Shown here: piece after piece, positions 37,567 to 50,212 of the stretch
Layout of the letters: each line of letters opens with the position of its first letter
Position numbering within the stretch: the stretch's first letter is position 1
Assembly: GCF_963921235.1 (NCBI RefSeq)
Contig: NC_086108.1
Location: 72,294,001 to 72,358,000 of the forward strand
Length of the DNA: 64,000 nt
Direction of reading: 5' to 3'
Source: Mobula hypostoma
Lineage: Eukaryota
The notes under the pieces: generated by a model
What the model was told of the DNA's origin: nothing
Database searches by the model: none
What the model saw: the letters and a program-made list of their open reading frames with translations, nothing else
Made by a program: the position numbers and the translations under genes

Positions 37567-39103
37567 TGATACAACTGTTGTGGGCTGTATCAAAGGTGCT
37601 GATGAATCAGCATACAGGAGGGAGATTGAAAATTTGGTTGTGTGGTGTAATAGCAACAACCTCTCACTCAATGCCAACAAGACCAAGAAACTGATTGTAG
37701 ACTTCAGGAGAGGGAACCCAGAGGTCCATGAGCCAGTAATCATTGGAGGATCAGAGATGGAAAGGGTCAGTAACTTTAAATTTCTGGGTGTCACAATCTC
37801 AGAGGACCTGTCCTGAGCCCATCATATAAATATAATTGCAAAGAAAGCATGACAGCACTTCTACTTCCTCAGCATTCTGCAGAGATTTAGCACATCATCA
37901 AAAATCTTGACAAACTTCTATAGAAGTGTGCTGACTGGCTGCGTTATGGACTGGTATGGAAACATCAATGCCTTTGAGTGGAAAATGCTACAAAAGGTTG
38001 GGGATTCGGCCCAGTACATCATGGGTAAACCCCTTCCAACTATTGAGCACATCTACATGAAACGTTGCCATAGAAAAGCAGCATCCATTATTAAAGATCC
38101 TCACCACCCAGGCCATGCTCTTTTCTCACTGCTGCCACCAGGTAGAAGGTATGGGTGTCTCAGGACTCGCACCACCAGGTTCGAGGACAGTTACTACCCC
38201 TCAACCATCAGGCTCTCGAACAAAAGGGGATAACTTCACTCATTTAAGGACTCTTATCTTGTTATCTCACGCACATTATTTATTGCCGTTTATTTATATC
38301 TACACCTGCGCAGCTTGTTTACTGTTTACAGTTCCTGATGTTTTACAGTTTACAAATTCTGTTTACAGTTATTGTTCTATAGATTTGCTAAGTATGCTGC
38401 AGAAAAAGAACCTTAGGGTTGTATGTGGTGAGAAGTATGTGCTCGGATATTAAATTTTACTCTGAACCTTGAACATCTCACTATTACTGCACAGATGATC
38501 CAAAGGGAAACCAGAAAAGGCCCTACACTGTCTTGGGTCTATATGGTCACCCAAAATGGCTGGAAGTTGCAGCAAGAATTCCAGTTCCCCCATTTTATTA
38601 GCCCTGGGATGAACTTGCCCTTGATGAGGGTTGCCTTCTGTGGGAATTGAGAGTTGTACTATCCAAGAGGAGAGCTAAAGTGCTGGAGAATCTACCTGCC
38701 AGTCATCTTGGCGTTGTCAGCTTCATCGGCTTGAAACTTTGTCTGGTGGCCTGAGATAGATCAGCAGATCAAGCATCCTGCCATGCACTCTTCAGGATGC
38801 CAACACATCCAGAAGAAAGGTATTCAGAGCTGTCAGAGCCACTTCATGCAGTCCCAGAGTCAACCCCCTACAACCACCACAGAGGAGGTCCCAGAATCTG
38901 AGATTGTTTCACAGCCACAAGTCTCATCTGTCAAGCCGAGTGACCTCCAACCCCCAGTCAGGAAAGATGTTATCCCGCAAAAATAAGAAATTCTCCACAG
39001 TGATGAAATTTTTCATACTGAATGGGACAATATCAAATTTACTACATTGTGTATGTCTATATAGTAGTTGTATTGTACAGTATACCAAACACATACATAC
39101 ATA

Positions 39104-39581
39104 CGAGGGGTGATTGATAAGTTCATGGCCTAAGGTAGAAGGGGTCAATTATAGAAAACCTAGCACATTTATTTTTCCTACATGTACAAACTTAGTCCAG
39201 TGGTCGTGGAGCATACAGAAACCTTCTTTGTAGAAGTTGGCATCTTGGACCTCCAGAAGTGGTCCACAGCAGGGTTGATTGATAAGTTTGTGGCCTAAGG
39301 TAGAAGTAGATGAGTTATTAACTTCAAACTTCCGGCATTTTCATTTAAAGAGTTGAACTGCACGTGCATGTAACAACGGCTGTATAACTCATCTCTTTCT
39401 ACCTAAGGCCACGAAATTATAAATCACCCCTGATGTGGACCACTTCTACAAAGAAGGGATCCGTATGTTCCACAACCACTGGACTAAATGTAGGAGGGGA
39501 CTATGTTGAAAAATAAATGTGCTAGGTTTTCTAAAATCGACTCCTTCTACCTTAGGCCACGAACTTATCAATCACCCCTCA
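39104..39581. mobile_element. Palindromic mariner-derived MITE
   Basis: TA flanks; TIR cgaggggtgattgataagtt / aacttatcaatcacccctca; second internal TIR-like pair; arm encodes FYKEGI..WTKC..GDYVEK* like a mariner transposase C-terminus. Confidence 0.88.
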
Positions 39582-39986
39582 TATATACTGTATGAGTTTA
39601 TCAACGTGGAGCAGAAAGTGAATTTGTAACTCTGGTGGGAGTGAAGGAGGTTGGGAATGGCGAGTTGGAGTGCCCTGGGAAGGGTATGGGACAGGTGGTA
39701 GAGAAGGAGCGCCAGGAAGAGGAATGGTGCAGGTACAGACATACCCAGCCCTGAGATAATTTGATTCCAAACAATTGGTTTATTGATCAGTACAGAATGG
39801 CTCTCTGGTGCTTCCTGCTCCATCCCCTCTCCCTTCCCCTTTTCCCAACCGTGATTTTCCTCTCCCTACTCCCTACCCACTCTCAGTCCACAATAGAGAC
39901 CCACATCAGAATCAGGTTTATCAAGGTATGTCATGAAATATGTTTTTATTTTGTGCATTGGTACAGTGCAATACATAAAATTACTA

Positions 39987-40053
39987 CAGTACTGTGCAAA
40001 ACTCATAGGCACTCTAGCTATATATATTTGCCTAAGACTTTTGCACAGTACTG
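39987..40053. mobile_element. Tiny Tc1-like MITE (67 bp)
   Basis: cagtactgtgcaaaa...ttttgcacagtactg, TA on the left side. Confidence 0.7.
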
Positions 40054-40319
40054 AATGTATAGATGTGAATATCATACATCATCACAACACCACATCATAA
40101 GTGTGCATCTTGCTAAAAGTAAAAATGAAACTAAGACATGTTCTCTTGGGCTACCATCCTTTCCTTTCAATTAATGTTATGTTTTGGAGTTACAAAACAT
40201 AACATGCACCATAGTGAGGAGTTTCTGGAATCGCTTCTGTAAAGAAAGGGGACCAACATTATCCATTTGCCAAATCTGAGCAGGGGCACATCAACAGAGA
40301 ATAGCAACTAGGGGTCCCT

Positions 40320-41545
40320 TCCCATGTCCCTTCATCCTCTGACCAATCAAGAATCTATCAACATCTGCCTTACATATACATAAAGACTAGGCCTCCACAG
40401 CTGATTATGGCAAAAAATTCCAGACATTCACCACTCTCTGGCTTAAGAAATTCCTTCTCATCTCCATTCTAAAAGGACACCCCTCAATTCTGAGGCTGTG
40501 TTCTCCGATCTTAGACACTCCCACCACAGGAAATATCCTCTCCACATCTACTCTATCAAAGCCTTTTACCATTCGGCAGGTTTCAATGAAATCACCCCTT
40601 ATATGTTTGAATTCTAGTGAATACAGGCCCAGAGCCACCAAAAGCTCTTCATATGAAAAGCCATTCAATCCTGGATTCATTTTCGTGAATCTCCAGTTTC
40701 ATCACATCCTTTCTAAGATAAGGTGCCCAAACCTGCTCACAATACTCCAAGTGAGATCTGGCTAGTGCTTTATAATGTTTCAGCATTTACATCCTTGCTT
40801 TTATATTCTAGCCCTCTTAAAATGAATGCTGTCATTGTATTTGTCTTTGTCACCCTGGACTCAACCTGCAAATTAATCCTTAGGGAATTCTGCACAAGGA
40901 CTCCCAAGTCCCTTTGTACCTCAGTTTTTTGTTTGTATTTTCTCTCCATTTAGAAAATAGTCAACACTTGCATTTCTTCTACCAAGGAGCATGACCATAC
41001 ACTTCACAACACTGTATTCCATCTGCCATTTCTTTGCCCATTCTCCTAATCTGTCTAAGTCCTTCTGTAGTCTCTCTACTTCCTGAAAACTGCCTACTCC
41101 TCCACCTATCTTCATATTGTCTGCAAACTTTTCAACAAAGCTATCAATACCCTTTTCCAAATCATTGACATACAACGAAAAAAAAATCAATACCAATACA
41201 GACCCCTATGGAAAACCATTAGTCACCTGCAGCTAGCCAGAAAAGGCTTCCTTTATTCCCACTCTTTGCCTTCTGCCAATCAGCCACTGTTTTATCCATG
41301 CTAGAATCTTTCCTGTAATACCATGGGCTCATAGCTTGTTAAGCAGCCTCATGTGTGACACCTTGTCAAAGGCCTTCTGAAAATCCAAGTGCACATCAGC
41401 TGATTTTCCTTTGTCTATTTTGTTTGTTGTTTCTTCAAAGAATTCTAACAGGTTTGTCAGATAAGATTTTCCCTTGAGGAAACCATGTTGACTATGGGCT
41501 ATTTCGTCATGTGCCTCTAAGTACCCTAAGACCTCATCCTTAAAA
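40320..41545 (-). mobile_element. CR1 LINE 3' fragment
   Basis: KFADNMKIGG, LQKDLDRLGEWAKKWQM, RRNFLSQRVVN. Confidence 0.88.
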
Positions 41546-41549
41546 GCTG

Positions 41550-42850
41550 AGCATGGACAGCTTATCTGACGTGAAGCATTCAGCTCTGTCAGCCTGACTA
41601 GTCCTCATTTCAGCCAGGACCAGTGGGTCCATCGTTATTGAACATCTGAAATAATTTATGAACATTATAAAATAGTTAGGAGGCTCCTAAATCTCCTGGG
41701 CAGGTGAGCCAGCTAGGCAAGAATTCCCCTGGCTGCTGATGTAGCCTTTGGGCTAGGTCCTGTAACTCAGTGACAGTGTAGTTTCGGATAGCGGTCTCAG
41801 TGGTGGCAGGGACAGCCACTGCAGCTTGATATTGTTCATTAGCATTCCGGCATTCCTCTTTAACTTCTATATGTCTGAGGGGACGCTTCTCGATTATATA
41901 ACTTCCATCAACATCAGACCAGATGTCCCTGTCCCAAGTACCTGTTTCCCAATCCTCCTGCAGGACCATAGATCGGATCTTTACAAGATCCGCCATCGTA
42001 CAGCTGAGCAGCATGCAGCACTTTTGTATTATGGTAACCAATCTACTGGCCACAGCAGCTTGTTTAACTTCAGAGTACTCAGAACATTATTGCACTGTGT
42101 GTGCCATTTCGCTTAAAATAGTGTTCTGAGAACTCAGAGAGGCTAGCTCACGCAGCAGTCACTTGTTTCCCTCAGAGTGCTCTGCTGTTTCAGTGCTCAG
42201 CTGTTGCCATGCAGTCATAATAATCCACCGCACTTCAGGCAGAGAATTCCTCTTAGAGCCATTCTGATACTACACACAGAAGCTCAACGTCAGACAATTC
42301 AGCAAATACCTTCTCCCATCACCTGTGTGGACCCCATTTACTCAGAACATTAGCCAGTGATCTAAAACCCTTAGAGTTCACTGTCCATCTGGAGACCTGA
42401 TAAGTCTTGGGTATGGTATCACTCGATTTAATTTGTCCACTTCCATATTTTGCTGGACCCTGCTTGCAGCGCCAAAGTGTAATAGGCTTATTTAATGAGT
42501 CCCAAGCTATTCAAGATTTGGTAATAATCGTACAAGCACAATAAAATAACTTAAGCCTATTTTATTTTCATAAAATAGAATGCACAGAATACTAGATAGC
42601 AAATCACAAAGATTTTGAGGCTCACGATTCTTAGCCACCACCCGATAGTTACTGTTGTCAGGGGAACTCCGAATTCCAACTCACTGATTGCAATCTCTAG
42701 CCCTTGAAGAAGAAGAAGAACCTGGAAAAAGGACACTCACAAGCACAGAGACGTACAGAAACAAACGAACTCTTTGATCTTTTGTCTCAACATTGCTTGT
42801 CTTTTTTCAAACATGTCCTGTGTTCATTAACACAATGTTCAGCACACCTT
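41550..42850 (-). mobile_element. Class III (ERV-S/ERV-L-like) endogenous retrovirus fragment: part of 5' LTR, PBS, gag N-terminus
   Basis: gag-like WDRDIWSD..RNYTVTELQDL..QQPGE..W (41676-42053); PBS TGGCGCTGCAAGCAGGGT (42474-42457) 3 nt after LTR-terminal CA (42478-42479). Confidence 0.7.
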
Positions 42851-42859
42851 CATAAATCG

Positions 42860-44020
42860 ATTAGATTAGATTAGATTCAACTTTATTGTCATTGTGCCGA
42901 GTACAGATACAAAGCCAATAAAATGCAATTAGCATCTGACCAGAAGTGCAAAAGAATAGTATTATTTACAAAATAATCGCGAATAAAAAGTAAGTGCTAC
43001 AGCACACAAATATAAAAGTACTGAGACAGTACAATATGGGTGTAATGCTGCTTAGCACTGTGATGTGAGGTTCAGCCTGGTCACAGCCTCAGGGAAGAAG
43101 CTCTTCCTGTGCCTGCTGGTGCGGGAGCAGAGGCTCCTGTAGCGCCTACCGGATGGGAGGAGAGTAAAAAGTCCATGGTTAGGGTGAGATGCATCCTTGA
43201 TAATGCTTTTCGCCCTGCCCAGGCAGCGTTTATGGTAGATGTTCTCAATGGTGGGCAATTGGGTGCCGATAATCCGCTGGGCAGTTTTCACCACATGCTG
43301 GAGTGCTTTGCGGTCCGATATGGGACAAATTGCCTTACCACACTGAGATGCAGTTGGTGAGTATGTTCTCAATGGTACAGTGGTAAAAGTCCGTCAGTAT
43401 ATTAGGACAGAGGTGAGCTTTCTTGATGCTCCGCAGGAAATAAAGGCGCTGTTGCATCTTTTTGATCAGGATGGAGGAATTCAGGGACCAGGTGAGATCA
43501 TCTGAAATGTGGACACCAAGGAATTTGAAGCATGATACCCTCTCCACTACAGCTCTGTTGATGTAGATGGGGACATGAGTGTGGCTCCTAGCATGCCTGA
43601 AGTCACAATAATCTCCTTAGTCTTCTGGGTGTTAAGGGCTAGGTTGTTATCAGCACACCCAGGTGCTGGACCTCGTCCCTGTAGGCCATCTCATCATCCC
43701 CTCTGATCAGGCCAACCACCGTGGTGTCATCTGCGAACTTGATTATGGAGTTAGAATCGTGTACGGGAATGCAGTCACAGGTGAAAAGGGAATACAGAAG
43801 AGGGCTCAGCACACAGCCTTGAGGCATGCCACTGTTCAGGGTGAGAGTGGAGGAGGAGAGGTTGTATAATTTAACTGATTGGGGCCTGTTACTTCGAAAG
43901 TCCAAGGTCCAATTGCAGAGGGATGAGCTGATACCAAGCTGGCAAAGTTTGGCGATCAGCTTGGAGGGGATCACAGTATTGAATGCCAAACTAAAGTCAA
44001 TAAACAGCATTCTGATATAT
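42860..44020 (-). mobile_element. Rex1/Babar LINE 3' part, well preserved
   Basis: [66 protein letters not shown]; (attag)n tail at 42860-42877. Confidence 0.9.
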
Positions 44021-44233
44021 TTAAACATTGTAATGGTCACTCCTTACATTCCTTGTACTTACAGAAGGGCATTAAAGTTTACGTATAAGTGATAAGGCCA
44101 AATCCAAAAAGAATCCATCAACCCAACTATCAAACCACTTGATAGACATTCACGTGTTAATGGTGCTTGAGATTAAGAAAGAATCCATCTACTATGAACA
44201 TTCTACAGACAGTAACAGACCCCCATGCTACAA

Positions 44234-44656
44234 CCTCCAAGAAGACCACAACCTTGTCATTGGGTTTTGAAGTTTGCATGCCTCAATGACCCAGGGAGCT
44301 ACGTTGACTGGAGTCAGGTCTTTATGCATTAGCTCTTAGTAGGATCACCCATGCCAAACAGCTCAATGGGCCAGACTAAGAGTGGTCCACCAGTCCTCCA
44401 GATTCAGGGCTTTAGCTCAGGCTAATGCCCTTGACTGGTAAAACAGAATTGTTACAGGAACAGCAATGAAGAATCCTTCTACTTCTGAGTGTGATGGTAT
44501 TCCTGAGTCTCCACCCAGGACTTGCATGACAGACAGTAGTGAAAAACGAAAGGAAGCTACTGACATGATGAAGGAAGCCCTGAACACTGCCAGAAATGGA
44601 GGAGCTTCATTGCTGCCCTAAATGCTAATGGTGTAATGGGCAGTCAGTAAGTAATG
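44234..44656 (+). mobile_element. Bipartite non-autonomous RTE-derived retroposon
   Basis: RTE-type 5'UTR (ccacaaccttgtc..ctcaatgaccc..ggatcacccatgcc..agtggtccac) fused to RTE-type 3' end (WRSFIAAL) and (agta)n tail; TSD tgctacaa at 44226-44233 and 44657-44664. Confidence 0.72.
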
Positions 44657-44724
44657 TGCTACAAGATCAGAAAGAGCTAATTGTCATTTTGATCCCTCAG
44701 TGATTTACAAAATCTAATATGATA

Positions 44725-45270
44725 CACTCATCCAACTGCAGAGCAAATTCTGTTGTCCTAAGTATGTTGCCTAATGTGTCTTCCACATTCTCAGACAGTT
44801 TGTCTATTATCTTTCCAGTGAGTTGTCACTGAGTGCAATTGCTTTAATTACTTGGTCTAGTGACTTATGCAAAACCCTACTCAGAACCTCCCTTACCGCT
44901 GGCAGGATCAGTTCTTCTCCAATTGTATGGGGCTTTCCAGATGTAGATATGAGTAATGAAATGTACGAAGCTTGGAAACTATTTCTGTACTGTTGTGAAG
45001 TGCTGGCAAACGTGCTTTGAAATGTTTTCTGTTTCTGAAAGTTTTGACAAAGTGACTGAAAAGAAGCCAAGTTCTTATTTGCTTTATCAGAATGTATTCC
45101 CTTAAAATGTTTAAGGAGCCTGGACATTGTCTTTGCCTCATTTGAAACAACTTTTTCACACAATAGACACATTGGCTGCCTTTGCTTGCTTGGTGCTGAA
45201 GTAAATCATATTTTCGATACTGCATACTATGCTGTCTACACTTTGTCATTTTGTCTGCTTCTGCCATTTA
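44725..45270 (-). mobile_element. hAT/Charlie transposase N-terminal fragment (BED finger; ZBED5/SCAND3-like)
   Basis: CLLCEKVVSN..RLLKH..H, GKPHTIGEELILPA, LSDNS, EFALQLDE. Confidence 0.82.
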
Positions 45271-45849
45271 CATTATGGATTAACATCCGCAGTCAATCAC
45301 CTATTATTTCAGTCCATCCTCAAGTGCTATGATCAATAAAGGGGAAGTTATAATGTCATCAAAGCTCAGACAAAACCTGAGTCTCTGCCTGAAGGTACAT
45401 AAAATGGGGTAGTGATATCTCAGTTAGGCCATAGGCTAGAGAAATGTGGTCAAGACTATATGATAGGGCAGATTCTGGACTTTACCCCATTGCAGGCCAT
45501 ACCCTGATTCATAGGAATTATGTCATTGTGTGGTTAGAGTAAGGAAATCGCACTAGCTAACACTGTACTACAGTAGTGAATGGCAATAATGCTCCGGCTG
45601 GGCCCGGAAATAGCACAATTCCTCCAGTCCAGATTTCTCATGACGTGAATCTAGGAGTTTCACATTGCTTCTCAACAACGATAATGTGTTTCGAGCAAAG
45701 TCTAAGAGAACAGTAGGAGATGAGGTACGTGATCATTGTAATCAATTATGAGGCACTGAAGATCAAATTCTTATAATAAGTAATTAATTTCTTAAATTAA
45801 GCCTGTAAACCCAATCAGGACTTCAATCAGAACTTCACACAGTGTCCTG

Positions 45850-46310
45850 GTGCAGTATCACCAACAACTTGTACAGATATAATATGACATTTGTACAAGC
45901 TGCATCCAGGTCTCTGTTTTATAATATTTTCCAAGATCTCGTCATTCAGTGTATACTCTATATCCTGACCTAGCTTAACTTCCCAAAATGCATCACCACA
46001 CTTGATTGAGTTAAATTCCACTTGCCATTCCTTTACCCATTTTACCAGTTGATCTAGACCCTGTTGTTACCTTAGAAAACTTTCTTCACTGCCTACCCCA
46101 CCATCATTTTTGGTGTCATCTGCAAATTTACTAATCCTGTCAGTTTTATTCATGTATAATTCCTTTATATTTGTGAAAAATAAGAGGGAGATTAGCACTA
46201 ATCCCCGTGGCACATCACTGGTCATATTCCAATTCGAAAACCAATTCTCCTTGTGTGTGTGTGTGTGTTGCTCCACTACCACTGTTGGTGTCCTTCCACC
46301 AAGCCAATTT
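45850..46310 (-). mobile_element. Old CR1 fragment
   Basis: SDVPRGLVL, ISKFADDTK, MEFNSIKC. Confidence 0.7.
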
Positions 46311-47019
46311 ATTTATGCGTGTATTTACAGTTAACTTTTGTGATCGCTGCTGAGTATTTGATTGGTTCACAGCTTAGTATTTCTCCATTGGTGTCCTCTT
46401 TCTGCTATTTACATTGCAAATGTGTAATTATGAGACACCTACCGGGCTGAAGCAAACACCTGAAAGATCCAGCACTAATATCACCAACGGGCATCATTTG
46501 ATTGCATTGAAAATATCTCACTCGTTTTTAACTTTCTGGAAAACGAACTAATCCATTCCATCCTGTCACTCAGATTTGGTGTCTGATATGGGACGGATTT
46601 ATTTTCCATACTATAACATCTGTCACTTCAGTAGATGCAATTTTGATAAATAAATCTGATACTTTCCATGCTCTAAAGCAATAACCGAGGAGACTGGTGC
46701 ACCTTTTGACTGACTGACACCTGAGGTTCCACAGGCTTTGAAAAAGATGTGTGCTGATTTTAAAAAGGAAACATGATCTATTGCATCCTCTTGGTGCCTT
46801 TCATTTGCCCTAGCTGCTGTACCACATTACGAGGATGATACAGGCCGCTCACAGGATCCAGGTTTAAGAGTTCAAATGTAGAGAACATGGGTTAAAGGTG
46901 AGAAGGGAAAGATTTACAGGCCAATCACAGGATAGGGTCAGCTTAGATATGTGTGTTGCTCTCTGTGGATGGGTTGAGGCAAATGGCCTGTTTTTGTGCT
47001 ATGTTAATAAAGTCAGAGG

Positions 47020-47600
47020 CATAGAGTCACAGAAATGTACAGCACAGAAACAGGCCCTTCAGCCCATCTAGTCTGTGCTGAACCATTTACACTAGTTCCA
47101 ACGATTTGTATCTGGATCATAACCTTCCATACCCATATCATCTATGTAACTATCCAAACATCTCTTAAACATTGCAATCAAGCACCCATACACCACTTGC
47201 ACTGGCAGCTCATTCCGTGCTCTCACGACCCTCTGAGTGAAGAAGTTTCCTCTCATGTTCCCCTTGAACTTTTCACCTTTCACACTTAACCCATGACCTC
47301 TGGTTGTAGTCCCACTCAGTATCAGTGGAAAAAGCCTGCTTGCATTTACCCTATCTATACCCCTCATAATTTTATATACTTTTACCAAATATCCTGTCAA
47401 TTTTCTATGTACTAAGGAATAAAATCGTAAACTATTCAATCTTTCCTTATAACTCGCATGCTTTAGTCCTGGCAACATCCTTGTAAATTTTTTTCTGTAC
47501 TTTTTGAACCTTATTTACATCTTTCCTGCAGGTAGGTGACCAAAATTGCACACAATACTCCAAATTAGTCCTCACCAATGTCTTTACAACTTCAACATAA
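47020..47600 (-). mobile_element. CR1 3' fragment
   Basis: MLPGL..SYKERL, VYKIMRGIDRV, TRGHGL, FFTQRVV. Confidence 0.88.
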
Positions 47601-49155
47601 CTTTCTGAGTCCTAATTTTAAAATATGCTGCCTTTTTTCTTAATTTTCAGATTTGCTGTTTTCTGTACATCAAGCATTATAAAGTTGGGTCGCTCCTGAA
47701 CTCTATAAATGCGTATTAAGAAAGCAAGGGCAAGTATACACAATCTCTCATTATTAATTACTTTAGTTTCGTTGAGTTTGACCAGTATATCTTGCTTGGA
47801 GAACAAAGCATGTTCATTTTGTAGCATTTTACACAACATTCAAACTCAGCAGATAAATCTTTTAGAGGGGACATTCAGAGATACAGCAACGAGTTGGGTG
47901 CATATACCTAATGAAGAGGCATTAAATTTTTACTTGGACAAAACAGATTTGAAGATTTAGAGTTTCTGCACCAAAGCACAGCAATTCAGAAACTCCTTCT
48001 GTGATTTTCCAAGGGAAGAACACTGTGAGGCCAGACAATATTAGAAACATTGGGACTTCTACTGTTGATACAGCTCCAAATAAAATTCATATAAGGTCCT
48101 GATGCTTTTATATCGCTGCACAAAATGTGAAGTGTCTTGGTTTTGACATTTTGTGCCAGTTTTACACACTTTCTACTTAAGTCCTCCATGACCCTTTGCA
48201 AAGATGGGGGTCACCGACAAAAGGCCAGTGTCAGCCAAAAAGTTCAATTACTTAAGTTCCAGACTGTTAACAATTATTGTTACAACAAAAATGATCTTTT
48301 TATTTTAAAACTTTTGAAGTCATGTTCTTTGTCAATAAGTAACTTTCCTTTCACAAACAGAACAGTACAAATATTTTAAAAACAAGCTAATTATCAAATG
48401 CTTTACATAATTTTCAGTTTTATGTTCATACTGCCAATACCTTAAACAAACACGTTCAGTCAGTGGGCAAAAGAGAACTTTCCAGTATGAACACAAAAGA
48501 AAACAGTCCAAGGACAAAATCTGAAACACAGAAAAGCATTAATAGAAACTGCTCACTCAGTTTTCCTAACCAGGCTAATCCTGGATAACAAATAGGTCCC
48601 ATCCTTACAGACATCCATAAAATGATTTTGCCCATCCAAAGTACATAAAGATTATTCAATATGGTGACCATACCACTACCAGTATTGCAATGAAAGGTAT
48701 CAAAACACATAAAGTAAAACAATTACTGAAAATGGACAGAGACAGAAGCAGGGACAAGAAGAGAGAGACTAGTCCTGTCATTGATAAGAATTAATGTAAA
48801 TTTCAGACATCTGAAACTAATAAATTGTGGGTACTTGTTCATATGTTGGTGGGGGGGGGAGACGTCACTGTTCTTAACCCAGAAACAGCCTGTAGTACAA
48901 AATAACATTGAGGATGACAGAGAACAGCAATGGAATTAATAGAAGGAACTTATCCTGACCACTCATGTCTTGCCTCATACCAAAAGATGCATTTCAGATG
49001 GATATTGATCTGTTGTGCCAAGAAGCTGGTGAAGATCAGGGAGCAGTAGAAGGAGTGGCTACTGAAGTTGGACTGAAGGGGCATAGAACTTCAAGTCAGA
49101 ACCAATGCATCCTGTGATGGAAATGCTTCTTAGCCACACATATGGGTGAATCTTG

Positions 49156-49211
49156 TCAGGTGCTAGCTTCCCCTGGAACATATGACTGGGAAGACAGGGC
49201 AGACCATAGGC
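49156..49211 (-). CDS. Terminal coding exon of unidentified - strand host gene (G-LWSALSSQSYVPGEAST*)
   Basis: tattcattttcag|GC CTA TGG..ACC TGA; phase 1 matches exon 50883-50967; unique UTR-like sequence follows, with AATAAA on the - strand at 48299-48304. Confidence 0.7.
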
Positions 49212-49647
49212 CTGAAAATGAATACATAGCGGTATTGATTGTGGTCCCAACAGGCAATGAACCAACAGAAACCAGCCGTATCCTGGTTGTCGCAGATGTA
49301 GTCAAGGCCTGGGGGCCCAGTGTCATCTAGAGGTTTAGAATGTCCATTGGCCTCCCACAATCATCTAGTCTTACCATAAATTGCAAGAATCACTCAGTGT
49401 CTGCATCTACAAGCTCAGACAACCGTTAGCTTAGTTCCTTGCAGCACCACTGATGGTACTGGAACATTCATCTCCTGAGGGGTGAACAGAGGAAACCTAA
49501 GTCACTATCTTGTTTTGAAGGACAGCCATGACATAGGGTTTAAAACTATAATCTCAATGTGTGGGCAATGATAGTGTTAAGGCGCCTTGCTGTCTGGGAA
49601 ATACTTCAATCCTGGTAGATATTAATTTAATTCCATATTTTTTAAAA

Positions 49648-50212
49648 TTTAGAGATACAGCACAGTAACAGGCCCAGCTGGCCCAATGAACTCACGTCAG
49701 CCAATTACACCCCAAGTGACTAATTAACCTAATAACCCGTGAATCGTTTGGAATGTGGGAGGAAACTGGAGCACCTGGAGGAAACCCATGTAGTTACGGG
49801 GAGAACTTACAAACTCCTTACACAGAATGATGGAAATCAAACCCTAGTCATCAAACATCAAAGGCATCCGTTAGTCTTGCGAGACCATGGATCTGTGCCT
49901 GGAAAGTCTTCACTCTCCAGGGCGCAGGCCTGGGCAAGGTTGTATGGAAGACCAGCAGTTGCCCATGCTGCAAGTCTCCCCTCTCCACGCCACCGATGTT
50001 GTCCAATGGAAGGGCACTAGGGCCCATACAGCTTGGCACTGTGTCGTCGCAGAGCAATGTGTGATTAAGTGCCTTGCTCAAGGATACAAGACGTTGCCTC
50101 AGCTGGGGCTCGAAAACACGACTTTCAGGTTGCTAGTCCAATGCCTTAACCACTTGGCCACGTGCCCACACTGGCACTGCAAACGCTAACTACTACACCA
50201 CCATGCCACCCC
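49648..50212 (-). mobile_element. HE1/V-SINE-like SINE interrupted by a second tRNA-derived SINE
   Basis: V-domain-like ggagcacctggaggaaacccatg..ggggagaacttacaaactcc; CR1-like tail; head resumes at about 50170. Confidence 0.75.
49850..50167 (-). mobile_element. tRNA-derived SINE
   Basis: Minus strand GGGCACGTGGCCAAGTGGTTAAGG (A box), TTCGAGCC (B box), CCTTGAGCAAGGCACTTAA central motif, RTE-like 3' end. Confidence 0.78.

Larger units (their letters stand above)
34425..38473 (+). mobile_element. Rex1/Babar LINE (internally deleted) nested in Gypsy, itself split by a Penelope
   Basis: PKPHLGKLEHLAVLL; ISTGALQECELSSLLYSLYT; DTTVVGCIKGADESAYRREI after the insert; (tgaac) repeat tail. Confidence 0.88.
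31320..40204 (+). mobile_element. Gypsy LTR retrotransposon, degenerate, with several nested insertions
   Basis: Matching LTR ends at about 31390-31539 and 40056-40204; gag (LMQEHLAPKP), protease (MELGTGLAVSVI), RT (RICGDLKVTINP, YLDDIVV), RNase H (ACDASPYGIGAV, QIDREAL); pol resumes at about 38475. Confidence 0.85.

Noticed and set aside
44807..45172. Domesticated ZBED5/SCAND3/FAM200 gene
   Set aside because: Frameshifted and truncated; a transposon relic
49059..49265. 68-aa - strand ORF over the terminal exon
   Set aside because: Wrong phase for the upstream exon; the phase-1 frame ending at 49156 fits
50095..50167. tRNA gene
   Set aside because: tRNA-like head of a SINE with imperfect B box, continuing into SINE body
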